62,730 bases of DNA, filler included, from Stramenopiles sp. TOSAG23-2 (GCA_900128395.1; 7 parts of 7 records of this genome joined end to end with filler, not necessarily neighbours in it); one strand, 5' to 3'. Positions 32,560 through 44,223 are shown, counted from the first letter of the whole stretch. Numbers and translations are program-made. Notes: generated by a model from the sequence alone, not told the origin.

Positions 32560-33084
32560 GAGAGCTTTGTCGAGAGCGGGAAGAATACTTCGGAAACCTT
32601 GACGGTCAAGTCCTGGGAGCTGGCAGACCTGCTGTGGCAACGCTGCGGGCCTTGCATTCCTCCGGAGCTGAGGGAGCAGGGGGCTACGGCACTTGTCCCT
32701 GGAACTTACCAAGCGCAGTGCATTGTCCCAGTGTTTCGCTTCATGCGCTACAGTGCAGGGCAGGGCTTTCGGCCTCACCACGACCCAACACGGCTGCTGC
32801 GCCGCCATCCCCGAACGCAAGAGAGTGGTACGTATCGTACTCTGGTGACCATTGCACTATACCTGAACTCAGGCAACGAGATGGACGGCGGCGCTCTCAG
32901 CTTCTTGCGCGCTGCAACGGGGACGAACGGGCGTAAAGGGTTCGAATCCATCGCCAGCGTTGAGCCGGCCGCCGGACGGGCTGTCATCTTCCCCCACAAT
33001 CAACTCCACGAGGGCGGCGAGCTGGCGGGTGGCGTGAAGCACATGTGCCAATGCGACGTGCTGTACAGGCGGGTCGGGGACTAA
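32560..33084 (+). pseudogene. 5'-truncated GC-rich prolyl-4-hydroxylase-like 2OG-Fe(II) oxygenase
   Basis: LADLLWQR, FRFMRYSAGQGFRPHHD (HxD), TIALYLN, GGAL, PAAGRAVIFPHNQLHEG..L.GGVK; no ATG upstream of the domain (in-frame TAA at 32527); GC about 60-65% by hand count of sample lines. Confidence 0.85.
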
Positions 33085-33401
33085 TATATATATTTAGATA
33101 TATAAAAATTACGAACGTATATTATATTACCAGGTACATATATATATATATTACGACGAGTATCTTTATTAAATAATCCAGACCCTTTTGTTTTATTTTT
33201 ATTTTTATGATATCTTTTTTGATGTGCATGTTTTTTATAATTAAATTTACGCATAATTTATTTTTAATTTACTCATGATAATTTATAATATATCAAGAGA
33301 CATCTGTATGTTTTGTATGATATGTGTGTATTTGTAATAAATATTCAGTTATACAATAACCGACATACCATATTTCCTTCTTTTTTATCTTTTTAATTAT
33401 T

Positions 33402-34181
33402 TTACAATAATATTTCAGTGGAAAAACTTGAAGGGATATCAGGAAATGCAGTTGCGCCAATACTAATACTGCTGCTACTACTGCCACTATTAATATTATT
33501 TTTTTTATCATTTATTCTCTTTCGTTTCTCTAATTTACGTTTAACTATTGGACTTGCAGAGTTTAATGCGGTAGCCAACATGTTTAAACCATCTTTTTCT
33601 ACATTATTATTATTATTATCAATGCGATTTGCATTTCGTTTCCTTTTTTTTTTTCCTTTTTTACTACCAGTTGGAGGAGTTGTTCTATCATCAGATTTAT
33701 TTTTTTCATTATGTGGATCAGCTATAGTTATGGTTACTTCTTTTCCTCGATAATCTCTTGGATAAAAATTTACATCTCGTTTACAAGTGCGTTTATGCCT
33801 AGATAAACCGGATACATGGGCATACGCGCGTTTACAATATGGACATTTATGTTTCTTTATAAGTGGTTGCCCTCTACATTTATGTTTAATAAAGTTGCAT
33901 TGCCATCGAAATACTTTTGCACATTGTGTACATTCCCATCTTTTGTTTTCATGGACATTTTGTGTATGTGCTCTTACCATTTCTCTTGATGAAAATGTTT
34001 TGCTACAAATCTCACAGGCAAATTTTCTTCCTTGATGCACATTTAAATAGTGCCTTTTTGCATCACTTTTTTGCGAAAATGTTTTATTACAACCAGGATG
34101 TTGGCAAACGGCTCGTTCAACTTGACGTCCACTTATAGGATCTAACATTGTAGTCAACATAATTGACGTTTTTTTTGGCAT
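33402..34181 (-). CDS. C2H2 zinc-finger protein
   Basis: CQHPGCNKTF...HYLNVH, CEICSKTF...HTQNVH, CTQCAKVF...HKC, CPYCKRAY...HKRTC; first ATG at 34181. Confidence 0.9.
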   Translation of the reverse strand: MPKKTSIMLTTMLDPISGRQVERAVCQHPGCNKTFSQKSDAKRHYLNVHQGRKFACEICSKTFSSREMVRAHTQNVHENKRWECTQCAKVFRWQCNFIKHKCRGQPLIKKHKCPYCKRAYAHVSGLSRHKRTCKRDVNFYPRDYRGKEVTITIADPHNEKNKSDDRTTPPTGSKKGKKKRKRNANRIDNNNNNVEKDGLNMLATALNSASPIVKRKLEKRKRINDKKNNINSGSSSSSISIGATAFPDIPSSFSTEILL

Positions 34182-35009
34182 GATAATACTAACCAATATA
34201 TAGTATTTTGATGAAGACTAAGAAAATCACAAAATCACCAATAATAAAAGATTAATAATATATATAAACTGTTTGGGGGTGTTGATGAGATGGCACGGAA
34301 AATGGTATGGTTATGATGGAGGGCGAAAGCAGCAAGAAGAAACTATACAAATTTCTTTTTTGTATCCACTTGATCTCACATACACACATATAACGCGCAC
34401 ACGCACACACACACTGATCTCTATTCACACATTCTACTTTTGCTTCTATATTTTTTCATAAATGAATTCAATAATCCTCCCACTGACCACACCACAATAA
34501 TCATAAAATACACAGAGTGCACCATGCTATTCACATGCTAAATAGTAATAGTTGGCAAAGTGAAAAGGGAAGCGAGACGTATCAAAACCAGTGAGAACGT
34601 AAAACTGGTTATTCGCAACCTTTTTCCAGCTTTCTTTAATAGCTTTGCACCCCTCTATTGCACTTTTCCTGGATTTTCCTTAATCCTTTTTCCTAAATCC
34701 TTAATATATTCTGTAAAAGTGATAGGAATATGTCGATTAGTGTACTATAAGTGTACCAACAGTAGGTAGGATCGACGTCTCCTCGTTTGTAGAACAACCA
34801 AAATTATAGAAAATACAAGAGAGATGTGTGTGTGTGTAAGTGTGCATCTGTTTGAAGAAGGCAAAGAAACGCAAGATATGGAAAAAACAAGGAGAGAAGT
34901 AATAGTATAAGAAGAAGAAGAAGAAGACAAAACTATATATACGGAGAGATTAACTCTGTCTCTCACACATACGCATACGTATATATGTATATATATAGAG
35001 AGAGCTCAA

Positions 35010-35822
35010 ATGGATGTTATAAATGAATATATATCAAAAGCATTAATTGCCGATAATCGCGGTGGATTAAATGTGGAGAAAATATACCAAGAAAAATTAA
35101 AGCAAAAATATGTTAAAGTGAAACAAGATGATAATGGTAATTCAAAAAATAATCATGAGAAATCAATTACATCTATTAATCCGTTTCAAAGAAAAATAAT
35201 TGAATTGAAATATCAATGTAAAGCACCGAAACGAAGTTATACTATACATGATAATAATAATTACAAAAAAAAGAAAAAGAGAAAACGGGAATCGATAAAG
35301 AAATACACACAAAGTATTTTAAATGAAATAGAGTTAAAACAACTTCATCATTTGTGGAATGAATATTGGAAAAAGTCTATAGCAGACAAAACTGATTCTA
35401 GAAAAAACTTATTGCAACGCATTCGACGTGGGCTAATATTCACCGGTTGTTGTATGAAAATTGTTGAATCTACATGTGCTCAAGATATTGGTAATATTGG
35501 TTTTGTATTGAAGGAAACATGTAATACTTTTATTTTTCAAAATAAATTGAGTACTAATAGTACTCAAAGTAAGAACAAAACAGATGAACCGTCTATCAAT
35601 AAACTTAGTTGTAAATATAATATTAAAATGATACCAAAACAAGATCGAGTCTTTTTATTATACATACCAAACAATAAATCAAATGTAAATGATAATTTAA
35701 CAGATAATGAAACGATCTTATTGTATGGGAATGATTTTATAGTAATAAAGAATAAAAATGAAAAGAAAACAAAAATGACGACGCTTTCATCAAGTGATAT
35801 GTATACAATGAGGAAAGTTTAA
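35010..35822 (+). CDS. POP4: RNase P/MRP subunit p29
   Basis: LHHLWNEYW, FTGCCMKIVESTCAQDIGNIGFVLKETCNTF, KMIPK...F, LLYGNDF. Confidence 0.85.
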   Translation: MDVINEYISKALIADNRGGLNVEKIYQEKLKQKYVKVKQDDNGNSKNNHEKSITSINPFQRKIIELKYQCKAPKRSYTIHDNNNYKKKKKRKRESIKKYTQSILNEIELKQLHHLWNEYWKKSIADKTDSRKNLLQRIRRGLIFTGCCMKIVESTCAQDIGNIGFVLKETCNTFIFQNKLSTNSTQSKNKTDEPSINKLSCKYNIKMIPKQDRVFLLYIPNNKSNVNDNLTDNETILLYGNDFIVIKNKNEKKTKMTTLSSSDMYTMRKV

Positions 35823-35898
35823 AAAGAAAAGTGTGTGCCGTGTGTTTGTGTTTGTGTGTGTGTGTGTATCATTACGAGTACGTACACACGTAGAATAA

Positions 35899-35933
<35 letters not shown>

Positions 35934-36062
35934 TACCTAAAAATATCGTACGGTGTACGTATATTTTTTTACGTGTTTCCTTTCTCTCTCTCTCTTCTTT
36001 TTTATAAAATTTTTTTATATTACTCTGATATAAAAAAAGTGTTGTGGTTTTTTTACAATTCA

Positions 36063-37082
36063 TCAATTTTTTTTTATACCAGTATCTTGTTTATTTAAAA
36101 ACGTTTCATGCGCTTTTACCATTCTTAAGACATTTTGATATTCATTACCATGTCGCGCATGTGTTATTATGTCATCTAAATTTAAATTTTGTTCTTTCAT
36201 TAAATGATTCCAGGAACTTTGGCTTGATATCCAATTTGTATCTGCAATGACACGTGAGGCATGTATACCAGTAAGTGCTAAATTTAATTTATCAAGCCAT
36301 AATTTTGAATCATCTCTATTACGAAATCGTAAGATAATCAATGGATCGCCATCATCATCTTCCACTTCGTAAATATTTGATATAGTTATATAATCAACTT
36401 GTTTATTAGCATCATGCTGAAACGCAACACTATGGGTGGATTTCAACCGTATACTAGCTAATGGTGGTGTTGGTTCTTTTTTAAGAATATTGCCACCATT
36501 ATTATTATAAGATACTGCTTGCTGTGCTGCTTTTTTATCTTTATAAATAATAAATCGTACTACTAAAGATGACAAAGCACCAGGTTGCATGTATTCGGAA
36601 AATATACGAACGTAATCTTTATCAAATTTCGAGCTAAGTTTGTTGGTGGAACGTCCAAACATACGTGTTGAACGTTTACCTTTAGCTTTCACTTCAATTT
36701 CACCTTCACATATTGAAGTGCCTGCAACAGTATTAATACCTTTGTTATTATGATATTTTTTATTGCTTCCGGTACTATTAGAACTACCCCTAGATTTAAA
36801 ACTAAGACTTGAAATACGCGATCGTCTATCATCTCTATCGTTACTTTTACCATAAGTTGTCAAGATGATGGTATCATCATTGTCCATATGTGCATCATTG
36901 GTATAGCGCTTTTTGGCAGTTAATAAGTTTTGTACTGTTACAAACTCCCCTTCATGACTTTCTAATATGGAGTCTGAATATTTAATTAATTCTTTTGTAG
37001 ATTGTAAATTAAAGAAAGAACGTTTTTTATTATTATTAGTCATGGAAGAAATATTCTTCCCATTCGTTTGATTAGAAGACAT
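36063..37082 (-). CDS. PH-like domain protein
   Basis: CEGEIEVK...FDKDYVRI...IIYKDK...ASIRL...LRFRNRDDSKLWLDKLNLAL, ending in the PH C-terminal Trp helix. Confidence 0.65.
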   Translation of the reverse strand: MSSNQTNGKNISSMTNNNKKRSFFNLQSTKELIKYSDSILESHEGEFVTVQNLLTAKKRYTNDAHMDNDDTIILTTYGKSNDRDDRRSRISSLSFKSRGSSNSTGSNKKYHNNKGINTVAGTSICEGEIEVKAKGKRSTRMFGRSTNKLSSKFDKDYVRIFSEYMQPGALSSLVVRFIIYKDKKAAQQAVSYNNNGGNILKKEPTPPLASIRLKSTHSVAFQHDANKQVDYITISNIYEVEDDDGDPLIILRFRNRDDSKLWLDKLNLALTGIHASRVIADTNWISSQSSWNHLMKEQNLNLDDIITHARHGNEYQNVLRMVKAHETFLNKQDTGIKKN

Positions 37083-37905
37083 AGATACACGGTAACAAAA
37101 ACAAAATTACAATTAGGAAGAAGAAAAAAAAGGTAGATCGAATCAATTCTAAATAAATAATATGTTAAAGGGCATCAAATGCAAGTTGATGAAATATACA
37201 TATATATATTTTAAAATATCTATAAAAATATATGTTTTTTCTGATAAATAAGTGTGTTGATCCCACATTTAGTACAAACTTATAATAGTCGTTTGATAGG
37301 CAGAAATCGAAAAAAATGGCCCATACTAGGATCTAGGATACTAATACTAGGAAAAGTTGACTGAGAGGATGATGTGCTACAGATTAGCATATATGATTAG
37401 CATATAAATAAAATTAAGTGCTATTTATTTCATTTATATGCTAAATAGGTACACACAAATCGATGAAAACCTTAAATATATCGACTTCACATTACACTTA
37501 TACAGAAATCGATGTGGGACTGATTTTTGATATTTTGATATCTGATATTTATATTCTGATAAATAAGATCTTGATAGGCATAATTAATATTTTAGAATAA
37601 GACAAAGCACCAAAAACCAGCAGCACAAGGCAAGGGCGGGAATTACCACCAGTAGTAGTTTGTACAGGTAATACTAATTTCGAAATTTTAGTATTAATAA
37701 TTAATAATAAACAACAGTCCTATTTAAACATTGGGATAGAAATACATATTATATATGTAAAAGAACGTCGGTGTAGTCGTCATCTTGTATATAAATATAC
37801 AATTGTTGCATTCTTTACTCTTCTTCGCCTTCTTCTTCCTTGTTTACGCGCCCGTGTCTGTGTGTTTGTGTATGTGTTTGTGTGAATTGAAGAATAGGAA
37901 ATACG

Positions 37906-39768
37906 ATGGATTTTGATTTTGACGATGATGAATTATCTGCATATCTTGATCAAGAAATGGATGGTAATACACATACAAATAATAAAAATAATCATTTAAA
38001 TTCAGTTATTATGCCAAAGAAAAAGAAAAATGGAAAGAATCATTATACTATGATGAACGACAACAGCCAACGAAACGATAATGGTTCTAATCATCAAATT
38101 ATTGGCAATAGTCAATATCATAGCGATAGTTTAAAACAAAAGGTAAGAGTAGACACCACAAAGGCATCAACGTCAAAACCTCCGGTTTTAGTAAATAATA
38201 AATTTATAGCACCAAATAGTATTATAAAACGAAAAAAAAAAAGTTCTTCGTCTATTATTCTGGAGCAAGAACAAGATGTCAAAACGCGTAGAAGGAAAGA
38301 TGAGAATGAGAGGTTTCAATCAACCATATCTTCTAGACGTAAACATAATAGAAATAATAATACGAATAGTAGTAGTAATAGTAATAATGCCAATATCAGT
38401 GTTGCAAGGGGTTCCCAAGACATTTTAAAGGGGCTTTTATCGAAAAATAGTTACAGCAAATACAATAATAATGGCCGAGAAAGTTACTCATCAGGCAAAC
38501 GAAAAAATGTAAATTTTCAAAATAGCCCATCCAACAAATCTTCTTCTAGTAGCACCAGCAGCAGCAACAGTGATAGCAGCTATTATCGTAGTAAACCGAA
38601 ACGAAGGAAAGCTATACCTGGTCCAGTGGGAATATTTAAAGCATCTTTAAATAAAACAGCGAAAAAAGCTTTGCGTAGGAAAGAAATGGTCGTTTCCAGA
38701 ATTGCAGCCACGCAAGATAGTATTTTTGATATGTCAGGGCCAGATAAAATCATCGACGAATACTCTGATTTCAGACAAGGTCCATGGCTAAAGTTTTGCT
38801 ATGATCATATGGTACGTCCTCCTATGGCACCAATAAGTTACATGCCGCCAAGAACAACTAGACGCGATCCATCAAAATATACCGATTTTGCAACGATTAA
38901 AAAATCAAATTTAAAAGGCAAAGTTGCATTTACCGCGGGGATAATTGAATCGTTTAAAGAAAATTTTGAAAGCGGGAAAGTTATTTTAAAAGATCCAAGT
39001 GGGATTATGAAAGGATCTTTAGGGGGTGATGCTGTGAATGAATATGCGATGAAGTTGACACCAGGAACCATACTTGTTTTACAAGATATTGCAATATTTA
39101 CTCCCACGCCTAATACATTTTATTTCAATATTACGCTTAAAAACATACTTCGTGTTATCCCTGCCGGTACGAAAATTCCACCTCAAATGAAAGAAGTGTC
39201 TACAATCCTTCCCCCATCCCAAGATATTGGTATAACATCATTGAACAATAACAATTTGGGGAGGGATGATGATGACGATAAATTGTTAATCGATTTAAGT
39301 CCTGTGTGTGATGATGATAATGATCACGAGCATCGCCGTAAACAGATCAGTAATTTACGAAATAATCAACTCTCTAGCACGAGTAAAAGTAAGAAAAACA
39401 ATAACCATGCGAAAAGTATGATGATGATGATGCCTCCTTCGAAATCTATGATGCATTCATATCGAAATAGATCAAATGGTAGTGGTTCAAATGAAAATTT
39501 AAATGAAAATAAAACAAATCAACAAAAAAATGGCTCATATGCATCTTCGTCCTTTTCAAAGCAAGAAATTGTTCCAAAAACAAGTAATAATAATGTAACA
39601 ACAACAAGAATAAATAATACTGCGAAACCAATACAGACTGATATTGCAAATCCAAGTAACAATAAAAAACAAGTGTCCACTTTGATCAGTAAAGAAAATT
39701 TAGAGGAATTGTGTGCTGGTGTAGATTTTGATTATGACGATGCATTTGCTGATGAGAACTTTTTATAA
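37906..39768 (+). CDS. HROB: Homologous recombination OB-fold protein (HROB/MCM8IP, DUF4539-like)
   Basis: IPGPVG, DFRQGPW, KVAFTAGIIES, ILKDPSGIMKGSL, LTPGTILVLQDIAIF, YFNITLKNILRV. Confidence 0.8.
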   Translation: MDFDFDDDELSAYLDQEMDGNTHTNNKNNHLNSVIMPKKKKNGKNHYTMMNDNSQRNDNGSNHQIIGNSQYHSDSLKQKVRVDTTKASTSKPPVLVNNKFIAPNSIIKRKKKSSSSIILEQEQDVKTRRRKDENERFQSTISSRRKHNRNNNTNSSSNSNNANISVARGSQDILKGLLSKNSYSKYNNNGRESYSSGKRKNVNFQNSPSNKSSSSSTSSSNSDSSYYRSKPKRRKAIPGPVGIFKASLNKTAKKALRRKEMVVSRIAATQDSIFDMSGPDKIIDEYSDFRQGPWLKFCYDHMVRPPMAPISYMPPRTTRRDPSKYTDFATIKKSNLKGKVAFTAGIIESFKENFESGKVILKDPSGIMKGSLGGDAVNEYAMKLTPGTILVLQDIAIFTPTPNTFYFNITLKNILRVIPAGTKIPPQMKEVSTILPPSQDIGITSLNNNNLGRDDDDDKLLIDLSPVCDDDNDHEHRRKQISNLRNNQLSSTSKSKKNNNHAKSMMMMMPPSKSMMHSYRNRSNGSGSNENLNENKTNQQKNGSYASSSFSKQEIVPKTSNNNVTTTRINNTAKPIQTDIANPSNNKKQVSTLISKENLEELCAGVDFDYDDAFADENFL

Positions 39769-39793
39769 AAAAAAAAAATATTATGAATACATT

Positions 39794-41614
39794 TTATCTC
39801 AAGATTGCTTCAATTTCATCTAAACTATTTTTATAATTCTCACATAATGCTAAAATATCACCATCTTTCGTTTGGTCGCGTTCAAAAAATCCTAAACGTT
39901 GTAATATTTTTTCAGTTAATGGATCTTCTTTTACAAACTGCTTTTTATCAGCTTCAATTTCGCAAAACGGACACAATGACATACCAAGTTTTCTTTTGCT
40001 ACTCGATGCTACTCTAAATTTTGCTTTTGCTGCCAGCATGGACATACGATGTTTGGTGGCGAAAGTTGGAGTACGGGAAGATCTTCTACTTGGGCTTATA
40101 ATAGCTTTTAATCCGCCAACCTTTCCAAATTGACCTGATAATACTGCTACAACTGTTCCCATCGAAGTAGAATCAATACCTAGAGGATCAATTAGTTCCC
40201 ATAATACGTTTTTTTGTTCTTCATTTAACATGATTTTAACACGCCTTAGTGCAATTTCGAATTCAAGCCGTGAGATTTTACCATTGTCGTTGTAATCAGT
40301 TAATATCTCATGTAATTCTGCTTTTTTTTTTTCAGCTGCCTTTATTAAGCTGGCAAATGAATCTAATCTACCCTTATTTCCATTACTAGCAGCCTTCTTT
40401 AGACATTTCTGACAAAATACATGACCACAAGTCCAGACTTGCCGAGGATTATCTAAACGTTTGTCGCAAATTTTACATTCTAAACTAAAGCCTAAACCAG
40501 TAGCCAATTCTTTGAAAAACATGGAATAACCATTTAAAGTCAAAACATTTTCATTCATTTCAACTCGTATTTTTTCCGGCACAGCTACTTTTGTTTTTGC
40601 AATTTTTTCTTCAACATCAATTTCCATTTCCATATCTTCTATCTCTCTATCACGTCTTTTCAACGTTTCAATTATTTCCTCTTTTTTGCTTTGTAACACT
40701 TCTAATTCTGTTTCTAATGATGGTAATCGCTGTTGTAATGTTTCAAATTCACCTTTTAATCTTTTAACATTTTTATCTACTCTTTTTTTCCTACTTCCAA
40801 TTTTTAATTTTAGACTTGCAGCGCCTACATTTGATGATTCCAATAATTTTTCCTGCGCTTCCATTACTTGCTTTTCAAGCGAATCATTTTTGTATTTGCA
40901 ATTTCCATACTCTCGTTTAACTTCCCGCAAATCGTAAACCAACTGCCGTTTGCCAGCAAATTTATCTATCATTTTATCAACTCTTACCCTAACAGCTGCT
41001 AAATATTTTTTTTGTTTCTCTATCACTTTGCCTAAGCTAGCTTCTGACTCTTTTACTATCTCATTTAACTTCTCTACGTGTAATTTACTTTCATTTTCTG
41101 ATATATGTACATATGAATTCAACAAAGCTTCAGTGTATGATTCTACGAATGGGGCTATATCGGCAAAATTTACCGATGGCTCATCATATATTATAGCCGC
41201 TTTACTCTCTGATATTAATGCAGAGGAAATCGGTTGATATTCAGGTATAACTTTGCTGTCAATTAAGTATTTATTATTATTGTCTATTGAAAATTTACTA
41301 CTCTGTATTTGGTTTTGCAAATTGTTAAGCACATGTTTTTTACTTAATTTTATTTTATTGTTAATGATTCGACCTTGACTTAATGCCTTCGAAAAACTGA
41401 CTTTGTCCTTTTTTACCTGGCTGTTGTATATTTTATTATTTAATGATTTGTAGTCTATCAAACATGATTTTGCACCTTTTTGTCCATTTGGATATAAAAC
41501 GATGCGTTCATTATTGTCTTCAAGGTCTGCATTTGGATCAATTTCATCATCCAAACCATGGAATATGTCTACAGAGGAAGTGGAAACATTGTATTGGCGG
41601 TCGTAGACTGACAT
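39794..41614 (-). CDS. Coiled-coil protein with C3HC4 RING finger interrupted by an EF-hand pair
   Basis: CKIC...CGHVFCQKC, then ~140 aa including DYNDNGKISRLEF, then CPFC. Confidence 0.75.
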   Translation of the reverse strand: MSVYDRQYNVSTSSVDIFHGLDDEIDPNADLEDNNERIVLYPNGQKGAKSCLIDYKSLNNKIYNSQVKKDKVSFSKALSQGRIINNKIKLSKKHVLNNLQNQIQSSKFSIDNNNKYLIDSKVIPEYQPISSALISESKAAIIYDEPSVNFADIAPFVESYTEALLNSYVHISENESKLHVEKLNEIVKESEASLGKVIEKQKKYLAAVRVRVDKMIDKFAGKRQLVYDLREVKREYGNCKYKNDSLEKQVMEAQEKLLESSNVGAASLKLKIGSRKKRVDKNVKRLKGEFETLQQRLPSLETELEVLQSKKEEIIETLKRRDREIEDMEMEIDVEEKIAKTKVAVPEKIRVEMNENVLTLNGYSMFFKELATGLGFSLECKICDKRLDNPRQVWTCGHVFCQKCLKKAASNGNKGRLDSFASLIKAAEKKKAELHEILTDYNDNGKISRLEFEIALRRVKIMLNEEQKNVLWELIDPLGIDSTSMGTVVAVLSGQFGKVGGLKAIISPSRRSSRTPTFATKHRMSMLAAKAKFRVASSSKRKLGMSLCPFCEIEADKKQFVKEDPLTEKILQRLGFFERDQTKDGDILALCENYKNSLDEIEAILR

Positions 41615-42011
41615 ATTTATTCATATAAATAGTATATTAATACAGTAATATAGTGTTTCTATTTACTATTATTATTATTGATATGCTATTTTATAAACAG
41701 TGAAAGTTATAATATTAATATTATAATAACTGCTATTTTATATTATTATTAAAAACAACAACAACAAACAACAAGTGTTGTTGTGGCATTTTTTTGCGAG
41801 TTGCAAGCCGCCAAAAAAAGCCGCCTGTGGCAAGAAGTTAAAGCTTTGCTATCTGGCTATTACAGTAATATCATAAAGTGTGTGAAACGAAAACGAAAAA
41901 AAAAGGCTGCAAACTATATACCAATGGTACGACTCGTAAAACTGGCAATCTAAATCATCGCAGGGTAAGGTTATAGTTTAAGGTAAATTACGGTCGGTAT
42001 ATATATATACC

Positions 42012-42086
42012 TAGTCTGCGTCGTCAGACTCTTTCTTATATATACCTTTTAATTAAGCTAATAAAAGAGTCTGACGACGCAGACTA
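42012..42086. repeat. 23-bp perfect inverted repeat with 29-nt spacer; each arm contains AGTCTG-N6-CAGACT
   Basis: tagtctgcgtcgtcagactcttt (42012-42034) / aaagagtctgacgacgcagacta (42064-42086). Confidence 0.92.
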
Positions 42087-42727
42087 AATTTTTATTTTCT
42101 AGAAAATTTTTTTATGATTTGTGTAATTTTATTATATTATACAAATATCAAACCTCTAAACAACAACTAAAACAACCGAAGGGGATAGCAGCACTTCTTA
42201 CCGCCGCCTTCGGCGTCGATAAGAAGATGCTTCCTTAAAACTGTATATGTATATGTTTATGTATTAACATGTACTAATATATTGATATATATATTTTTAG
42301 CAAATATTCTGATCTAGAATATTCGAAATGCTGCTACCGCCCCTCTTTTTTTAAGTGTAGTAAAGAAAACTTTGCCCTGTAATGCTATTGCATACTAACG
42401 ATATAGGTCCGAAAATTAAAAAGATAGAAAGTGAGTTGAAGAGGCCTTTGTATTTGGGAAGGGGTTGTTTATAAAAAAATTCCTCTTGTTTGATGTACAT
42501 TACACCATTACATGAAAAATGCTTAATATTTTTCCGTAAATTGATTTTATAATATTTTTTATTCATATAATTACTTCGTACGTTCGTACTAATTTATCAC
42601 CATATCACTATGTGCAATTCGTGGATTCCTTCTTCAAAGTGCCAAAATATACTTTGGTATTTCTTTTTTTGATAACAATTTTATCTTGTAGATGTAGTAC
42701 CTGTAAATCAATACTCGCGCGCAAAAG

Positions 42728-43661
42728 TTACACTCCAGTATTTACTATTGACGGCGAAACAATATTTATACAAAATTTTTCAATAATGTAACCTTCTGGT
42801 ACGTTTCCAACGACTACTGTTCCTGGACTTTTGTGATCCAAGCTCGATTGTGATGGTGTCCATGTCATTACAATTTTGCCTTTAAAGGATGTATTGTTTG
42901 CATTTTCGATTGCGGTAAATACGTTGTTTAAAGAATCTGCTGCTTTTTTGTTAAGAATGTAGCAACCGAAAGCAATTGAGCTAATTATATACAAGAAAAA
43001 TATTATCGTAAATACCGTTTTCAATGCGGGAATATCCTTAAACACATCGCCTTGCAAAATAGCTAAAACAATAAAACAAACGATCCACGCGCCTGCTTTC
43101 ATAAGAAGCGGTTGGGTTACTTTAAAACCAGTCCCGACACTATCGTTTTGTTGATTTATCTCCAAGATTTCCTTTTTCCACACGTCAACTGGCAAGATAC
43201 CGACTAGCTGTGCTGGTAGGGAGGTAGGAAGGAATGATTTTGCACTGCAACCGTAGGAGACTGCGGATACCGCACCTGAATAAAACAGAGGGAAAGTATA
43301 GGAAAGATTTTTCTCGTGTTAGATGAAACCAAAAATTTTGTAAGTCAATTCAATTATACTTACCATTCAGCTGAAGCGCATTTGGTTCTTTTTGTGGACA
43401 GTTGCTTACTATGATAAAGTTTACGGTATCCAATGGTTGCCCGACTGGTGCTGCGCTGGTATGCTTCATATCCATATAATAATAACCATCTTGCTCTGAC
43501 TTGTAGTTAAATCGAACGGAGTTTTCATCTGGCTTGAACCATCCATTTTGTGGCCTTTCGATTATTTTGGCTTCTTCCAGAATTTGAGTGGCGACTACAG
43601 TTCCTGTTGTTGGCTGTTCGTCAAGTAGACAAAATGGGTCCTTTAATCCACCAGAAGACAT
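42728..43661 (-). CDS. Two-TM membrane protein (weak Erf4/golgin-A7-like segment), two exons (43661-43364, 43275-42728)
   Basis: 88-bp GT-AG intron 43363-43276 with CTAAC joins two ORFs in frame; LPAQLVGILPVDVWKKEILEINQ followed by two hydrophobic helices. Confidence 0.75.
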
Positions 43662-44223
43662 AGCTCTTCGTGCACTTTTATATGATGTATTTATATGTTT
43701 ATATATATATATATATTCAATTCTCAAACATAGTTGATATATTGAGACTGCATTTACATGTATGTTAACCTCTCTGATGTTGAATGTTCCCATTATTGAA
43801 GCATTGAAGAAGAGAAAAGAGAATTTGGCTCACCTGCTGGCTCACCACAAAAAAAAGGCTAGCCAGGCTAGCCTTTTCTGTCCAAAATTTGTTTGCCTTT
43901 GGATCCTCTCTAGTGCTGTGTCTATGGTGTCCCAATCAGTGGCCTATGTGTATAAGTTTCTTTTTTTTTGGTTTCATTTTTTTCGAGCGAAGTATAGTAT
44001 ATTTACTGGCTGTGTTAAGTCTATAGGACCTAGATTAGTATTAGTATAGAACTTGCTATAAATAAAGCGAAATAACTGCCAAAACCAGCCAACTCCTTTT
44101 GGATTTTCCAATAAGAAACTGTTTTAAATTAATATATATCAACATTTAAACTTGCAGGTGTTTTTTTTTAATTAATTAGTAAATAAAAACGTCGTTTAAT
44201 TCTTATTTGTATTTACGTTTACA

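Noticed and set aside
32554-33051. Alternative overlapping ORFs in the GC-rich island
   Set aside because: They arise from stop-codon scarcity at high GC; only the 32599 frame has oxygenase motifs.
27542-39768. Functional cluster of nucleic-acid genes (DIS3L2, POP4, HROB)
   Set aside because: Ordinary unrelated eukaryotic housekeeping neighbours; no evidence of co-regulation.
42181-42345. Hammerhead ribozyme in the three-stem fold
   Set aside because: There is no CUGANGA core at the junction and no correct NUH site.
42340-42365. AAGTGTAGTA as U2 snRNA branch-pairing region
   Set aside because: Flanking U2 stem I sequence and the downstream TCTGTTCTT are absent.
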